In this document: positions 34,495 through 44,137 of the stretch, piece after piece
Position numbering within the stretch: position 1 is the stretch's first letter
How the letters are laid out: each line of letters opens with the position of its first letter
DNA from: an uncultured delta proteobacterium
GTDB taxonomy: Bacteria; Myxococcota_A; Polyangia; Polyangiales; Houyiibacteriaceae
DNA length: 64,000 nt
NCBI GenBank assembly: GCA_963704865.1
Contig: CAVPIE010000014.1
Span: forward strand, 69,937-133,936
Direction of reading: 5' to 3'
Notes under the pieces: model-generated
Told to the model about the DNA's origin: nothing
The model's input: the letters and a program-made list of their open reading frames with translations, nothing else
Database searches by the model: none
Program-made: the position numbers and the translations under genes

Positions 34495-35198
34495 TCGACA
34501 CGCGATTCTTTTCACTTCTGGGGCCGCTGGCGCTGCTTCTTTTCGGTTCGGTGGCATCGGCGCAGGGAGCCTGGTCCTACGAGCCCTCTCAAACTTCGCC
34601 CTACACGACTCGCCCGGTTGAACAGTACCCGCCTCAGCCATCCGCCGAGCAGCGAGCCTCGCACCGGGGCTATCAGGGCTCTTTCAGCCTTGGGGTCCCC
34701 ATATGGTTGAAGGCCGACAGAGACGTGGTCCGACCGGGCGCGGATCTGAACGGCTTCGGCGGCTTCGACATGGGCTACGTGGTTTTCGGCCTCGGGCTCG
34801 GCGCAATGTGGACGCCGATCAACTTCTACAACATCCCCGGCATCGACCCGGGCTTTGACCGTCGGCCGATGACCCGCCTCTACCTCGCGCCCGAGGTGCG
34901 CGTTCAGGTGCCAAACAACACCCCTCTCCTGCCGTATCTGGGCATCAGCTTCGATGCGAACTGGTGGCGCGTAGCGGAAACGAACGTGGTCTGCACCGGC
35001 AACTTTTACTATTACTGCGCACGAATCGCAGTCTTCCGCTTCACTCCCGGCATGACCGCGAAGATAGGTCTCGCGATCCGGGTAGCGAGCGGAAGCTACA
35101 TCGACCTCGGCGTCAAATACTCGCTGACGGGGCCTGGTAGCTTTTTCTTTCAGCGCGAGCAGTGGGTCACGCCGTACGTGGGCTTGCTCTTTCGCTGA
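34491..35198 (+). CDS. hypothetical secreted protein, possibly an outer-membrane beta-barrel
   Basis: ATGA overlap with the SDR gene. Signal peptide (LLGPLALLLFGSVASAQG). Alternating aromatic/Gly beta-strand-like pattern ending in ..PYVGLLFR. Confidence 0.5.
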   Translation: MIDTRFFSLLGPLALLLFGSVASAQGAWSYEPSQTSPYTTRPVEQYPPQPSAEQRASHRGYQGSFSLGVPIWLKADRDVVRPGADLNGFGGFDMGYVVFGLGLGAMWTPINFYNIPGIDPGFDRRPMTRLYLAPEVRVQVPNNTPLLPYLGISFDANWWRVAETNVVCTGNFYYYCARIAVFRFTPGMTAKIGLAIRVASGSYIDLGVKYSLTGPGSFFFQREQWVTPYVGLLFR

Positions 35199-35200
35199 GC

Positions 35201-36409
35201 CTAGACGTACTTCTTGAGCTCGAGCCGCGCGACCATGCCGCGGTGCACTTCATCCGGGCCGTCGGCAATTCGTAGAGCGCGCGCCATCGCCAGCAGGCGC
35301 GTGAGCTCGAGGTCGGACATACCCTCACCGCCATGGATCTGAATCGCCGCATCGACCACCGACTGCAGCACATTGGGCGCGATGACTTTGATGGCGGAGA
35401 TGTCGACCAAGGCGCCGAAGGTGCCCATCGTGTCGAGCGCCCAGGCGGCCTTCATCGTCAGGAGACGGGCCTGGTCGATCGCCATGCGGCTGTTCGCAAT
35501 GATGTCTCGGTTGCCGCCGAGGTTCGAAAGCGGTTTGCCGAAAGCGACCCGAAGCACGGCGCGCTGGCAGAGGCGCTCGAGGGCTCGCTCCGCCGCGCCG
35601 ATCGCCCGCATGCAGTGATGGATGCGTCCAGGCCCGAGGCGGCCTTGGGCGATTTCGAAGCCACGGCCCGGCCCTGCGACGATGGCGCTCACCGGAAGAC
35701 GCACGTCGTCGAAAAGCACCTCGGCGTGCCCGTGTGGCTCATCGAGGTGACCGAACACGGGCAACATTCGCAGAACCTTCACGCCCTTGGCGTCGGCGGG
35801 CACCAGCACCATCGAATGACGTTCGTGGCGGCTGGCATTTGCATCGGTGACGCCCATGAAAATGTAAAAGCCGCAGCGGGGATCACCGGCCCCACTCGTC
35901 CACCACTTTTGGCCGTTGAGCACGACTTCGTCACCAACGACCTCGCAAGTGGCTTGCATGTTGGTCGCATCGCTCGATGCGACTGCCGGTTCTGTCATGG
36001 CAAAGGCGGAACGGATTTTCCCATCGAGGAGCGGCTCGAGCCACCGTTTCTTCTGCTCGTCAGAACCGTACTTCACCAGGACCTCGGCGTTGCCCGTATC
36101 GGGCGCGCTGCAGTTGAACACCTCCGGCGCCAGAAAGCTTCGCCCAGTGATCTCGGCGACGGGCGCGTAGTCGCGGTTGTCCAGGCCGGCACCGTACTCC
36201 TCGTCGGGCAAGAAGAGGTTCCAAAGCCCGAGCTCTTTTGCTTCGGCTTTTAGCTCTTCGACGATTGGGGGAATCTTCCAGTCTCGCCAATCGTCGGTGC
36301 CGACGAGCTGGTCGAGATAGGTCTGCTCGTTGGGCACGACGCGCTCGCGGACGAAACGCTCCGCCTGCGCCATCACGTTTTGAGCCCGCTCGGAATGCGT
36401 GAAATCCAT
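35201..36409 (-). CDS. acyl-CoA dehydrogenase (ACAD10/11-FadE2-like)
   Basis: [18 protein letters not shown], and the three typical ACAD domains are readable. Confidence 0.9.
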   Translation of the reverse strand: MDFTHSERAQNVMAQAERFVRERVVPNEQTYLDQLVGTDDWRDWKIPPIVEELKAEAKELGLWNLFLPDEEYGAGLDNRDYAPVAEITGRSFLAPEVFNCSAPDTGNAEVLVKYGSDEQKKRWLEPLLDGKIRSAFAMTEPAVASSDATNMQATCEVVGDEVVLNGQKWWTSGAGDPRCGFYIFMGVTDANASRHERHSMVLVPADAKGVKVLRMLPVFGHLDEPHGHAEVLFDDVRLPVSAIVAGPGRGFEIAQGRLGPGRIHHCMRAIGAAERALERLCQRAVLRVAFGKPLSNLGGNRDIIANSRMAIDQARLLTMKAAWALDTMGTFGALVDISAIKVIAPNVLQSVVDAAIQIHGGEGMSDLELTRLLAMARALRIADGPDEVHRGMVARLELKKYV

Positions 36410-36502
36410 AGTTGGGGTTGATACCGCATGCGTCGAGACAATTCACGCGGGAAGTATGCAGTTCCGGTGCTAGGTTTCGCCGAACTGAGGAAGCCGAAGC
36501 AC

Positions 36503-38287
36503 ATGGCAACACGAAGCAATCCCCTGATCGACGATGGTCTCGTCGATTTTCTTCTCTACTCGGTGCTCGACGCCGAGTCGCTCTGCGAGCTCGAAGCCTA
36601 TCGGCAGCACTCCAAGGAGACGTTCGACCTCTACATCGACAGCGTCCGGCGATTCTCGCGTCAGGACCTCCTGCCTACATACAAGCCGATGGATGAAGAG
36701 CCTCCGGTGTTCCGCGACGGGCGAATCCGTACCCATCCCGCACTGCCCGAGCTTTACGAAAAGATGATCGACCTAGGGGTGCTCACCGCGACCCGCCCCG
36801 AATCGCTCGGTGGTCAGCAGATGCCCATGCTGATCCACTGGATGGCGAGCGCGTACCTCATGGCGGCCAACCTGAGCGCGTACGGTTACATCGGTCTGAC
36901 CTTGGGGGCGGGGCATTTGATCGAAGCCTTTGGTTCCGATGAGGTCAAAGAGCTCTTCTTGGCGCGCATGTATGAAGGTGAGTGGACCGGGACAATGGCC
37001 CTCACCGAGCCACAGGCCGGAAGCAGCCTCGGCGACATCAACACGACGGCAACGCCTACGAACGACGGTCACTACCTGATCAAGGGCAGTAAGATCTTCA
37101 TCTCCGGTGCGGATCACGGCATCACCGACAACGTCGTCAACCTCACCCTGGCCCGAATCAAAGGCGCGCCCGAGGGGACCAAGGGGATTTCTTTGTTCGC
37201 AATCCCGAGGCTTCGTGAAGAAGACGGTCGCCTCGTCTCCAACGACGTGACGGTGGCCGGCATGATTCACAAGATCGGTTGGCGGGGACTTCCAAGCCTG
37301 GCGTTGGAGTTCGGCGACGAAGGCGACTGCAGGGGCTGGCTCGTCGGAGAACCCAATCAAGGCCTTCGCTGCATGTTTCAGATGATGAACGAGGCCCGCA
37401 TCATGGTGGGCGTCAACGGCTTTGCTACGGCTTCGGCTGCGTATCACGAGTCGCGACTTTACGCGCTCGACCGCAAGCAGGGGCGCACGCCGGGCCGGCG
37501 CGACGGCGAACAGGTATCGATCGTCGAGCACGCCGACGTTCGTCGGATGCTGTTGCGCCAAAAAGCAATCATCGAGGGCAGCCTGGCCTTGCTAGGCACC
37601 GTCTCGCGCTACGCGGACGTCGCTGCGCATGGCGCATCGGAAGAGGACCGGGAGCGCGCTGGTCTGTTGCTCAACTTGCTCACCCCAGTTGCGAAGACCT
37701 TTCCCGCCGAGCGAGGCTTCGAATCCAATGTGCTCTCTGTTCAAATCCACGGCGGCTACGGCTACACGAGCGAATACCTTCCCGAAGCCTACATGCGTGA
37801 TCAGAAGCTGAACACGATTCATGAAGGAACCAATGGGATCCAAAGCATGGATCTGCTCGGCCGGCAGGTCATGTCCAAAGGCGGTGCCCCGCTGCGGGCG
37901 TTGGCCGAGGAGATCGGCCTTACGATTGCTCGTGCGCGGGAAGCGGGCTGCGATCCGGCGCTTTGTTCACCCCTCGAAGACGCGGTCGCCACGGTCGGCG
38001 CCATCACCATGGAGCTCGGCCAGCGCGGCATGGCCGGAGATGCGGACGGCATGCTCGGCCACAGCTGGGACTACCTCGACATGTTCGCAACCCTCGTCAT
38101 CGGCTGGCAATGGCTCAAGATGGCCGCTTCGGCGCGTACCGCGCCTATTTCCGAGAAGCGCAGACATGGGACCGACGCAGCGGCGCAGTATTGGATCCGG
38201 ACTGAGGTCCCACGCATCCCACTGCTCGCGGAGCTCTGCCGCTCCAACGAGGACTCTTACATCCGGGCGGAACAGGACTGGTTCTAG
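36503..38287 (+). CDS. long acyl-CoA dehydrogenase with extra C-terminal domain
   Basis: ORF trimmed to MATRSNPL (ATG 36503). [49 protein letters not shown]. About 170 aa C-terminal extension. Confidence 0.85.
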   Translation: MATRSNPLIDDGLVDFLLYSVLDAESLCELEAYRQHSKETFDLYIDSVRRFSRQDLLPTYKPMDEEPPVFRDGRIRTHPALPELYEKMIDLGVLTATRPESLGGQQMPMLIHWMASAYLMAANLSAYGYIGLTLGAGHLIEAFGSDEVKELFLARMYEGEWTGTMALTEPQAGSSLGDINTTATPTNDGHYLIKGSKIFISGADHGITDNVVNLTLARIKGAPEGTKGISLFAIPRLREEDGRLVSNDVTVAGMIHKIGWRGLPSLALEFGDEGDCRGWLVGEPNQGLRCMFQMMNEARIMVGVNGFATASAAYHESRLYALDRKQGRTPGRRDGEQVSIVEHADVRRMLLRQKAIIEGSLALLGTVSRYADVAAHGASEEDRERAGLLLNLLTPVAKTFPAERGFESNVLSVQIHGGYGYTSEYLPEAYMRDQKLNTIHEGTNGIQSMDLLGRQVMSKGGAPLRALAEEIGLTIARAREAGCDPALCSPLEDAVATVGAITMELGQRGMAGDADGMLGHSWDYLDMFATLVIGWQWLKMAASARTAPISEKRRHGTDAAAQYWIRTEVPRIPLLAELCRSNEDSYIRAEQDWF

Positions 38288-38290
38288 GGC

Positions 38291-38758
38291 TCAGCGCGAC
38301 TTCTTCTCGGCAATCTTTCGGCGGCACACTTTGTTGATGAGCCGCAGCTCTTCAATCTTTTCGTCGATCTGCCGCTTCTTGTCTTGGAGCTCGGCGATCA
38401 TCTCTGCGCTTCGCGCCGCCGAAATCTCGAGTTGCTTCAGGCGGCCCTCACCGTGTTGGCCATAGAGGTCGAGGTAGTCCTTGGTCTCCTCGAGCGTATA
38501 GCCGAGCGACTTCGCGCGAACGATGATGTGCAGGCGCGCACGATCGCGACGCGCGTAGATTCGAGCGCCGTTCAGCCTCTTTGGCGAAAGCAAGCCTTTG
38601 GACTCGTAGAAACGGATCGCACGATGGCTGATCGCAAACTCGTCTGCGAGGTCCGAAATCGAGAACAATTCGGTCTTCTGACCCTCCCCGTGGGCCTCGA
38701 CGAACGCCTTTACCGTGTCGTTCCGAGCAGTTCTCTTCGAAGCCGAGGCCATCGGCAC
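38291..38758 (-). CDS. MerR-family transcriptional regulator (LiuR-like)
   Basis: HTH FSISDLADEFAISHRAIRFYESKGLL, followed by a coiled-coil dimerisation helix. Confidence 0.85.
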   Translation of the reverse strand: MPMASASKRTARNDTVKAFVEAHGEGQKTELFSISDLADEFAISHRAIRFYESKGLLSPKRLNGARIYARRDRARLHIIVRAKSLGYTLEETKDYLDLYGQHGEGRLKQLEISAARSAEMIAELQDKKRQIDEKIEELRLINKVCRRKIAEKKSR

Positions 38759-38816
38759 CGAGCATAGCGCGACGGGCTTGCTGTATCAACAGATGACTTA
38801 CGTTGCTGGGTGCAGA

Positions 38817-38832
38817 TTGACGTATACGTAAA
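38817..38832. promoter_or_regulatory. candidate MerR/LiuR-type operator palindrome
   Basis: TTGACGTATACGTAAA: a perfect 10-bp core palindrome ACGTATACGT, with 14 of 16 symmetric positions. It sits in the divergent merR/BKACE intergenic region. A related half-site CTTACGT lies about 20 nt upstream. Confidence 0.4.
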
Positions 38833-38877
38833 CCTAGACTAGGAATGCGCTGAATCTCTCGAAGCCGGAGGACGGAG

Positions 38878-39735
38878 ATGGACAAGGCGATCATCACCTG
38901 TGCGCTGAACGGCGTGCTCACCAACCCGAAACAGCACCCTGTGCCCGTGACTCCCGAAGAAATGGCCACATCGGCGCGGGACGCTTACAACGCGGGCGCC
39001 TCGATCGTGCACATCCATTTTCGCCGCCAGGAGCCGGGCATGGGGCACTTTCCGTCCTGGGATCCGGGAGTTGCCGCGGCAGCGAGCGATGCCATCCGCG
39101 AGGCCTGCCCTGGCATCATCATCAATCAGACGACGGGCGTGATCGACGAGGATGTCTCGGGGCCGATCGCCTGCCTTCATCGAATCAAGCCAGAGATCGC
39201 CGCCTGCAACGCGGGCAGCCTCAACTACCTGAAGCTCAAGAGGGACAACACCTGGGCCTGGCCTCCGATGGTGTTTCTCAACAGCGTCGACAAGGTCCAA
39301 AAGATGCTGGATGCGATGAAAGAGACGCACACCACCGCAGAGATGGAGTGCTTCGACGTGGGCATCGTTCGTTCGGTCGGGCTCTATCTTAGAGCCGGGA
39401 TGGCCAAGGAGATGCACTACAACTTCGTCATGGGTGTCGCATCGGGGATGCCTTGCGATCCAGAGCTGCTCGAGCTCCTCATGAAGTACAAGAGCGGCGA
39501 CGCCCACTGGCAAGCGACGCTCATCGGCCGCGAAGACATCTGGAAAACGCACCAGCGGGCCGCCGAGCTCGGAGGCATGCTCCGAACTGGCGTCGAGGAC
39601 ACCTTCTACCTGCCGAACGGTGACAAAACGACCGGCAACGGACAGCTGATCGAAGCGCTGGCCGAGTGCGCGCGCAATGCTGGCCGAGAGGTCGCATCAC
39701 CGACCGAAGCCAGAGAGATGCTGGGCTTCAACTAG
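38878..39735 (+). CDS. beta-keto acid cleavage enzyme (BKACE/DUF849, 3-keto-5-aminohexanoate cleavage family)
   Basis: Hallmark N-terminus MDKAIITCALNGVLTNPKQHPVPVTPEEMA and IVHIHFR. Confidence 0.85.
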   Translation: MDKAIITCALNGVLTNPKQHPVPVTPEEMATSARDAYNAGASIVHIHFRRQEPGMGHFPSWDPGVAAAASDAIREACPGIIINQTTGVIDEDVSGPIACLHRIKPEIAACNAGSLNYLKLKRDNTWAWPPMVFLNSVDKVQKMLDAMKETHTTAEMECFDVGIVRSVGLYLRAGMAKEMHYNFVMGVASGMPCDPELLELLMKYKSGDAHWQATLIGREDIWKTHQRAAELGGMLRTGVEDTFYLPNGDKTTGNGQLIEALAECARNAGREVASPTEAREMLGFN

Positions 39736-39779
39736 GGTTCGAGATTGTCAGCCGCCGAAGCCGGAGGTAAAGACCAGCC

Positions 39780-40484
39780 ATGGCCAGCAAGGTGTACCCA
39801 GACGCGATCTCCGCCCTCGATGGGCTGCTCCGCGACAAGATGACCCTCATGTCCGGAGGTTTCGGCCTGTGCGGAATCCCCGAGGCGCTGATCGAAGCCG
39901 TTGCGAAGTCAGGTGTAAAGGGCCTGACGGTGATCTCCAACAACGCGGGTGTCGATGGCATCGGCCTCGGCGTGATGTTGGAAACCCGGCAGATCGTGAA
40001 GATGGTTTCATCGTACGTGGGTGAAAACAAGCTCTTCGCCAAGCAGTTCCTCGACGGCGATTTGACGGTGGAGTTCAACCCACAGGGCACCCTGGCCGAG
40101 CGGATCCGCGCTGGTGGCGCTGGGATACCGGCGTTTTTCACGAAGACCGGTGTCGGGACCTCGGTCGCCGAGGGCAAAGAGGTGCGCGAGTTCGACGGCG
40201 AGTCGTACGTGATGGAGCGCGGCCTCGTCGCGGACCTGGCGATCGTGCATGCGTGGAAAGGCGATACGGAAGGCAATCTCATCTACCGAAAGACCGCACG
40301 AAACTTCAACCCCATGATGGCCACCGCCGGCAAAGTGACGGTTGCCGAAGTCGAGCATCTCGTCGAGCCGGGCGAGCTGGCGCCCGATCAGATCATGACC
40401 CCGGGCATCTACGTCGATCGCATCATTCACTACCCAGCTCCCTCGAAGCACATCGAGCAACGGACCACGCGCCCGCGCGCCTGA
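39780..40484 (+). CDS. scoA: 3-oxoacid CoA-transferase subunit A
   Basis: [11 protein letters not shown] and VSSYVGENK motifs; length is typical. Confidence 0.9.
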   Translation: MASKVYPDAISALDGLLRDKMTLMSGGFGLCGIPEALIEAVAKSGVKGLTVISNNAGVDGIGLGVMLETRQIVKMVSSYVGENKLFAKQFLDGDLTVEFNPQGTLAERIRAGGAGIPAFFTKTGVGTSVAEGKEVREFDGESYVMERGLVADLAIVHAWKGDTEGNLIYRKTARNFNPMMATAGKVTVAEVEHLVEPGELAPDQIMTPGIYVDRIIHYPAPSKHIEQRTTRPRA

Positions 40485-40494
40485 GGAGAAGACG

Positions 40495-41142
40495 ATGGCT
40501 TGGACCCGCGACCAAATGGCTGCACGTGCCGCGCGAGAGCTTCGCGACGGCTTCTACGTGAATCTCGGAATCGGCATACCGACCCTCGTCTCGAACCACA
40601 TTCCGGCGGGGATGACCGTGCAGCTGCAAAGCGAAAACGGCATGCTCGGAATGGGCCCGTTCCCTTACGAAGGCGACGAGGACGCGGACTTGATCAACGC
40701 CGGAAAGCAGACGGTGACCGAGCTGCCCACCACGAGCTTTTTCTCGAGCGCCGAGTCGTTTGCCATGATTCGTGGCGGGCACATCGATCTTTCGATCCTC
40801 GGGGCGATGCAGGTTGCGGAAAACGGCGACCTCGCGAACTGGATGATCCCCGGAAAGATGGTGAAGGGGATGGGCGGCGCCATGGATCTGGTCGCGGGCG
40901 TGCCTCGGGTTGTCGTCGTGATGGAGCACACGGCCAAGGGAAAGCCCAAGCTCCTGAAGCGCTGCACCCTGCCACTTACCGGCACCCACGTGGTCGACTT
41001 ACTCATCACCGACCTGGGTGTCTTCGAAATCGACAAGAAGGGCGGCGGGGGCATGACCCTCGTCGAGCTGGCGGACGGCGCCACCCTCGAGCAAATCGCC
41101 GAGACCACCGAGGGGGCGTACAGCGTCGCCGCTGGGCTCTAA
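40495..41142 (+). CDS. scoB: 3-oxoacid CoA-transferase subunit B
   Basis: VNLGIGIPT, catalytic-Glu motif [18 protein letters not shown]. Confidence 0.9.
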   Translation: MAWTRDQMAARAARELRDGFYVNLGIGIPTLVSNHIPAGMTVQLQSENGMLGMGPFPYEGDEDADLINAGKQTVTELPTTSFFSSAESFAMIRGGHIDLSILGAMQVAENGDLANWMIPGKMVKGMGGAMDLVAGVPRVVVVMEHTAKGKPKLLKRCTLPLTGTHVVDLLITDLGVFEIDKKGGGGMTLVELADGATLEQIAETTEGAYSVAAGL

Positions 41143-42464
41143 CCAAAAAGCCAAAGAACCAAGCCGACGTAGAGCCCCATGCCGATCGCGAGAATTGCGG
41201 TGTAGCCGGCGATCTGGCGAGCCTTGAGGCCGGTGATCGCAAGCAGCGGCAGGGCCCAAAACGGCTGTAAGAGGTTCGTCCACTCGTCGCCATAGGCAAA
41301 GGCCATGACGGTGCGCGCGGGATCGAGCTCGAGGGAGGCAGCCGTGGTGAGCAACACGTCACTTTGGAGCGCCCACTGACCTCCGCCCGAGGGCACGAAG
41401 AAATTCACCAAGCCCGCACTCAGGAACGTCAGCAGGGGAAAGGTGCTGCTGGACGCGATGGAAGCCATGGCCGATGAAAGCCGCTCGATCATTCCGCTCG
41501 CCTGCATCACGCCGAGGATGCCGAAATACAAAGGGAACTGAACGATGATGGCCCCCGCGCCGCGCGCCCCGTCCGAGACCGAATCGAGAAAACTCCGAAT
41601 CGAGCCGTGCGCGGCAAGCGCCAGCGCCAAGAAGAAGAGATTCACGGAGTTGAGATCGAACGCGACTTCCCCACGAACCCAGCCGTAGCCGACGAGCAGC
41701 ACGGCCGCGCCGCCAACGCCGAGTACCAGAACCGAGTGCTTACCCCGTTGCGATGCGACGGCACGCACCACTGGGACCTCTGGAACCAGTGCGGTTTTCG
41801 GTGCAAGCGCAATGCACATCAGTGGCAACAAGATCAGTAAGCCACCGGTGACGACGAGATTCAGCGACGAGAAGAGCGTTTCGCTGACGGGGATCCCCTG
41901 CGTCGTGCCCTGCGTGAACTGCGCCGATTCGGCCGCCTTCAAGGGAGCCGAGCCGCTGAGGCCGCCATGCCATACCGCGAGCCCAGCGTACGCAGCAGCT
42001 CCGAGCACGGGAATGTCCATCGGCCGGCCGTCTTCTGCAGCGCTGTGCGCGATCTCCCGAACCACGAACGCGGCGACGACGGCTCCGAGACCCCATTGGA
42101 TGACGCCGGTTAGGCAGGCGATGAGCGCGACCAAGCCAGCGGCCTGCGGCGTCCGCTTGGGCACGCGTGCGACCGCCCGGACCACGCTCTGCACCGGGGG
42201 GCTCGCCGCCAAGGCCTGGCCGGTCACCAAGATCAGGCACATTTGCAGCGCAAAGGCGAGTAGCGGCGTGCTCGAAAAGCCTCCGTACCAGCCCTGAAGC
42301 ACCGTCGCGACGGACCCCGAGAGCACGAAGCCTCCGAGAAGCGCAATCGAGGTCAGCGCGAGCACGAGGACGAATGGATCGGGAACCCAACGTTCGGCCC
42401 ACCGGCTGAAAACCTCACCAAGCCGAGCCAGCATGGCACGGACCATAGCACCAAGCGCCACCAT
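41139..42464 (-). CDS. atoE: short-chain fatty acid transporter (AtoE family)
   Basis: Strong resemblance to E. coli AtoE along its length ([15 protein letters not shown].., [44 protein letters not shown]). The ATG at 42464 overlaps the PP2C stop (TGATG). Confidence 0.85.
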   Translation of the reverse strand: MVALGAMVRAMLARLGEVFSRWAERWVPDPFVLVLALTSIALLGGFVLSGSVATVLQGWYGGFSSTPLLAFALQMCLILVTGQALAASPPVQSVVRAVARVPKRTPQAAGLVALIACLTGVIQWGLGAVVAAFVVREIAHSAAEDGRPMDIPVLGAAAYAGLAVWHGGLSGSAPLKAAESAQFTQGTTQGIPVSETLFSSLNLVVTGGLLILLPLMCIALAPKTALVPEVPVVRAVASQRGKHSVLVLGVGGAAVLLVGYGWVRGEVAFDLNSVNLFFLALALAAHGSIRSFLDSVSDGARGAGAIIVQFPLYFGILGVMQASGMIERLSSAMASIASSSTFPLLTFLSAGLVNFFVPSGGGQWALQSDVLLTTAASLELDPARTVMAFAYGDEWTNLLQPFWALPLLAITGLKARQIAGYTAILAIGMGLYVGLVLWLFG

Positions 42465-43270
42465 CAACGGCGGCGGCGAATTGCGATGAAGGTCAGGTCG
42501 TCGGGCTTCGAGGGAGCGCCTTCGGTCGGCGCCTCCATGCGTCGACGCCCGAGGGTGGCCAAGTCGTCGACGGCCCTCGAAAGCGGCCCTTTGCGCAGGT
42601 GCTCCACAATCTCGTTCACGTGAAGGTTGTCACTGAGCCCGTCGCTGGCCAAAACGACCGTATCGCGCCGCGCCAAACTGAGCGTCGCACCGAGCTCGAT
42701 TCGCATCTCCTTCGCGCCCAAGAGGTTGGATACGATGTGAAGGTCTTCGTGGTGCAGTGCGTCTCCCGCATCCAGCAAGCCCGCCTCGACTGCGTAGCCA
42801 ACCGGAGAGTGCGGGATGGTCCGCCACTTGATGCGTCCGCGCTGCCCGGTCACGAGCACCATTGAGTCGCCCGCGTGATAGGACCGCATCTTGTGGCCCT
42901 GCACTTCGACGACCGCGAGGGTGGCCGCGGCGCCCGTTCCGAGCGCAGAGATCGCACGATCCGCCGATTCGAAGCCGTTGATGATTGCTCCGCGCAGGTC
43001 CGCGGGCTCTGCACCGAGCTTCGCAACGGATTCACAGACCGCCTGCACCGCGAGCTTCGCCGCTTCGGCGCCGCCCGGATGACCACCGGCCCCATCGGAC
43101 ACCACCGCGACACCGGCCTCGTCGCCAATCGAGATCAAGCCCGCGGCGTCCTCGTTCGGGCCCTCTCGTTCGGGTTTCCGAATGCTGAGCACCACCGCCT
43201 CGCAGCCGCCAAGCTCGAAGCGCTCTCCCTGCGCCATGTCCACATCTACGAAGATGTGGGCTTTGCTCAC
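42464..43270 (-). CDS. PP2C-family Ser/Thr protein phosphatase
   Basis: GPNEDA, VSDGAGGHPGG, LASDGLSD motifs. The GTG start overlaps the kinase stop (GTGA). Confidence 0.85.
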   Translation of the reverse strand: MSKAHIFVDVDMAQGERFELGGCEAVVLSIRKPEREGPNEDAAGLISIGDEAGVAVVSDGAGGHPGGAEAAKLAVQAVCESVAKLGAEPADLRGAIINGFESADRAISALGTGAAATLAVVEVQGHKMRSYHAGDSMVLVTGQRGRIKWRTIPHSPVGYAVEAGLLDAGDALHHEDLHIVSNLLGAKEMRIELGATLSLARRDTVVLASDGLSDNLHVNEIVEHLRKGPLSRAVDDLATLGRRRMEAPTEGAPSKPDDLTFIAIRRRR

Positions 43271-44127
43271 AGCGACGCTCTCTTGCTTCGTGTGGTGCTT
43301 CGAAGCGCCTTGGGCGCCACCGCTTGAAACGCCCGCTGCATCTGCACGCCGTCCCGAAATCGTTTGCGCTCCCGAACTTCAATCGCCCGGCGAAGAAAAC
43401 CGATGAAATCCCGGCTGACCGTGCGGCGAAGCCTTTCGGCCCCGGGCAGCGGCCAATCAAACGGCCAGGCGGGGAGCTCGCCGGCAAACATGCGATAGAT
43501 CAGCAGGCCCATCGAGAACACATCCGATCGAAACGACGGCTTGCCCATCGCTTGCTCGGGCGCGATGTAGCCAACGGTGCCTTGCCCGGAACCCATGATC
43601 GTTCGCGTCCGCAGCGCGACCTTCGCGATGCCGAAATCGGACAGGCGCACGTGCCCCTCCGGAAAGAGGATCACGTTGTCAGGCTTGATATCGCAGTGAA
43701 TGACTCGAACCTCGTGGGCGTACGCGAGAGCATCGACCAGCTGCTCGGTGTACGAAAGCGCGGTTTTCGCGCCGAGGCGGTAGTGCAAGCGGTCGGTCAG
43801 CGTCTGCTCCCCGAGCGGAGTCGCAAGCACCAAATGACCATCGATCATCATGGCATTTCGGAGCGGCAGGATGTTCTCGTGGTCCAGGCGTGCGGTGAGA
43901 CGGACCTCACGCTGGATGGCGTTCAGCGATTCCTTGTCGAGATGGTCGAGGTTCGGAACTTTGAGCGCGATGGGAATGCCCTCGATCGTGTCGTACGCCT
44001 CGTACACGGTCGCAAACCCACCGGCGCCGATTCGGCGTCGAATGCGGTACTTTCCAAGCACCTGCCGGGCTTTGAGTGGCTGAGTCGGTACGGCGATGTG
44101 CTTGCCGTGAAGAACGTGAGGTTTCAT
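43267..44127 (-). CDS. Ser/Thr protein kinase, kinase domain only, non-RD type
   Basis: GAGGFATVYEA..IALK, HCDIKPDNV (Cys in place of the RD Arg), SDFGIAK, YIAPEQ. No TM or sensor domain. Confidence 0.9.
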   Translation of the reverse strand: MKPHVLHGKHIAVPTQPLKARQVLGKYRIRRRIGAGGFATVYEAYDTIEGIPIALKVPNLDHLDKESLNAIQREVRLTARLDHENILPLRNAMMIDGHLVLATPLGEQTLTDRLHYRLGAKTALSYTEQLVDALAYAHEVRVIHCDIKPDNVILFPEGHVRLSDFGIAKVALRTRTIMGSGQGTVGYIAPEQAMGKPSFRSDVFSMGLLIYRMFAGELPAWPFDWPLPGAERLRRTVSRDFIGFLRRAIEVRERKRFRDGVQMQRAFQAVAPKALRSTTRSKRASL

Positions 44128-44137
44128 GGGCGAACGC

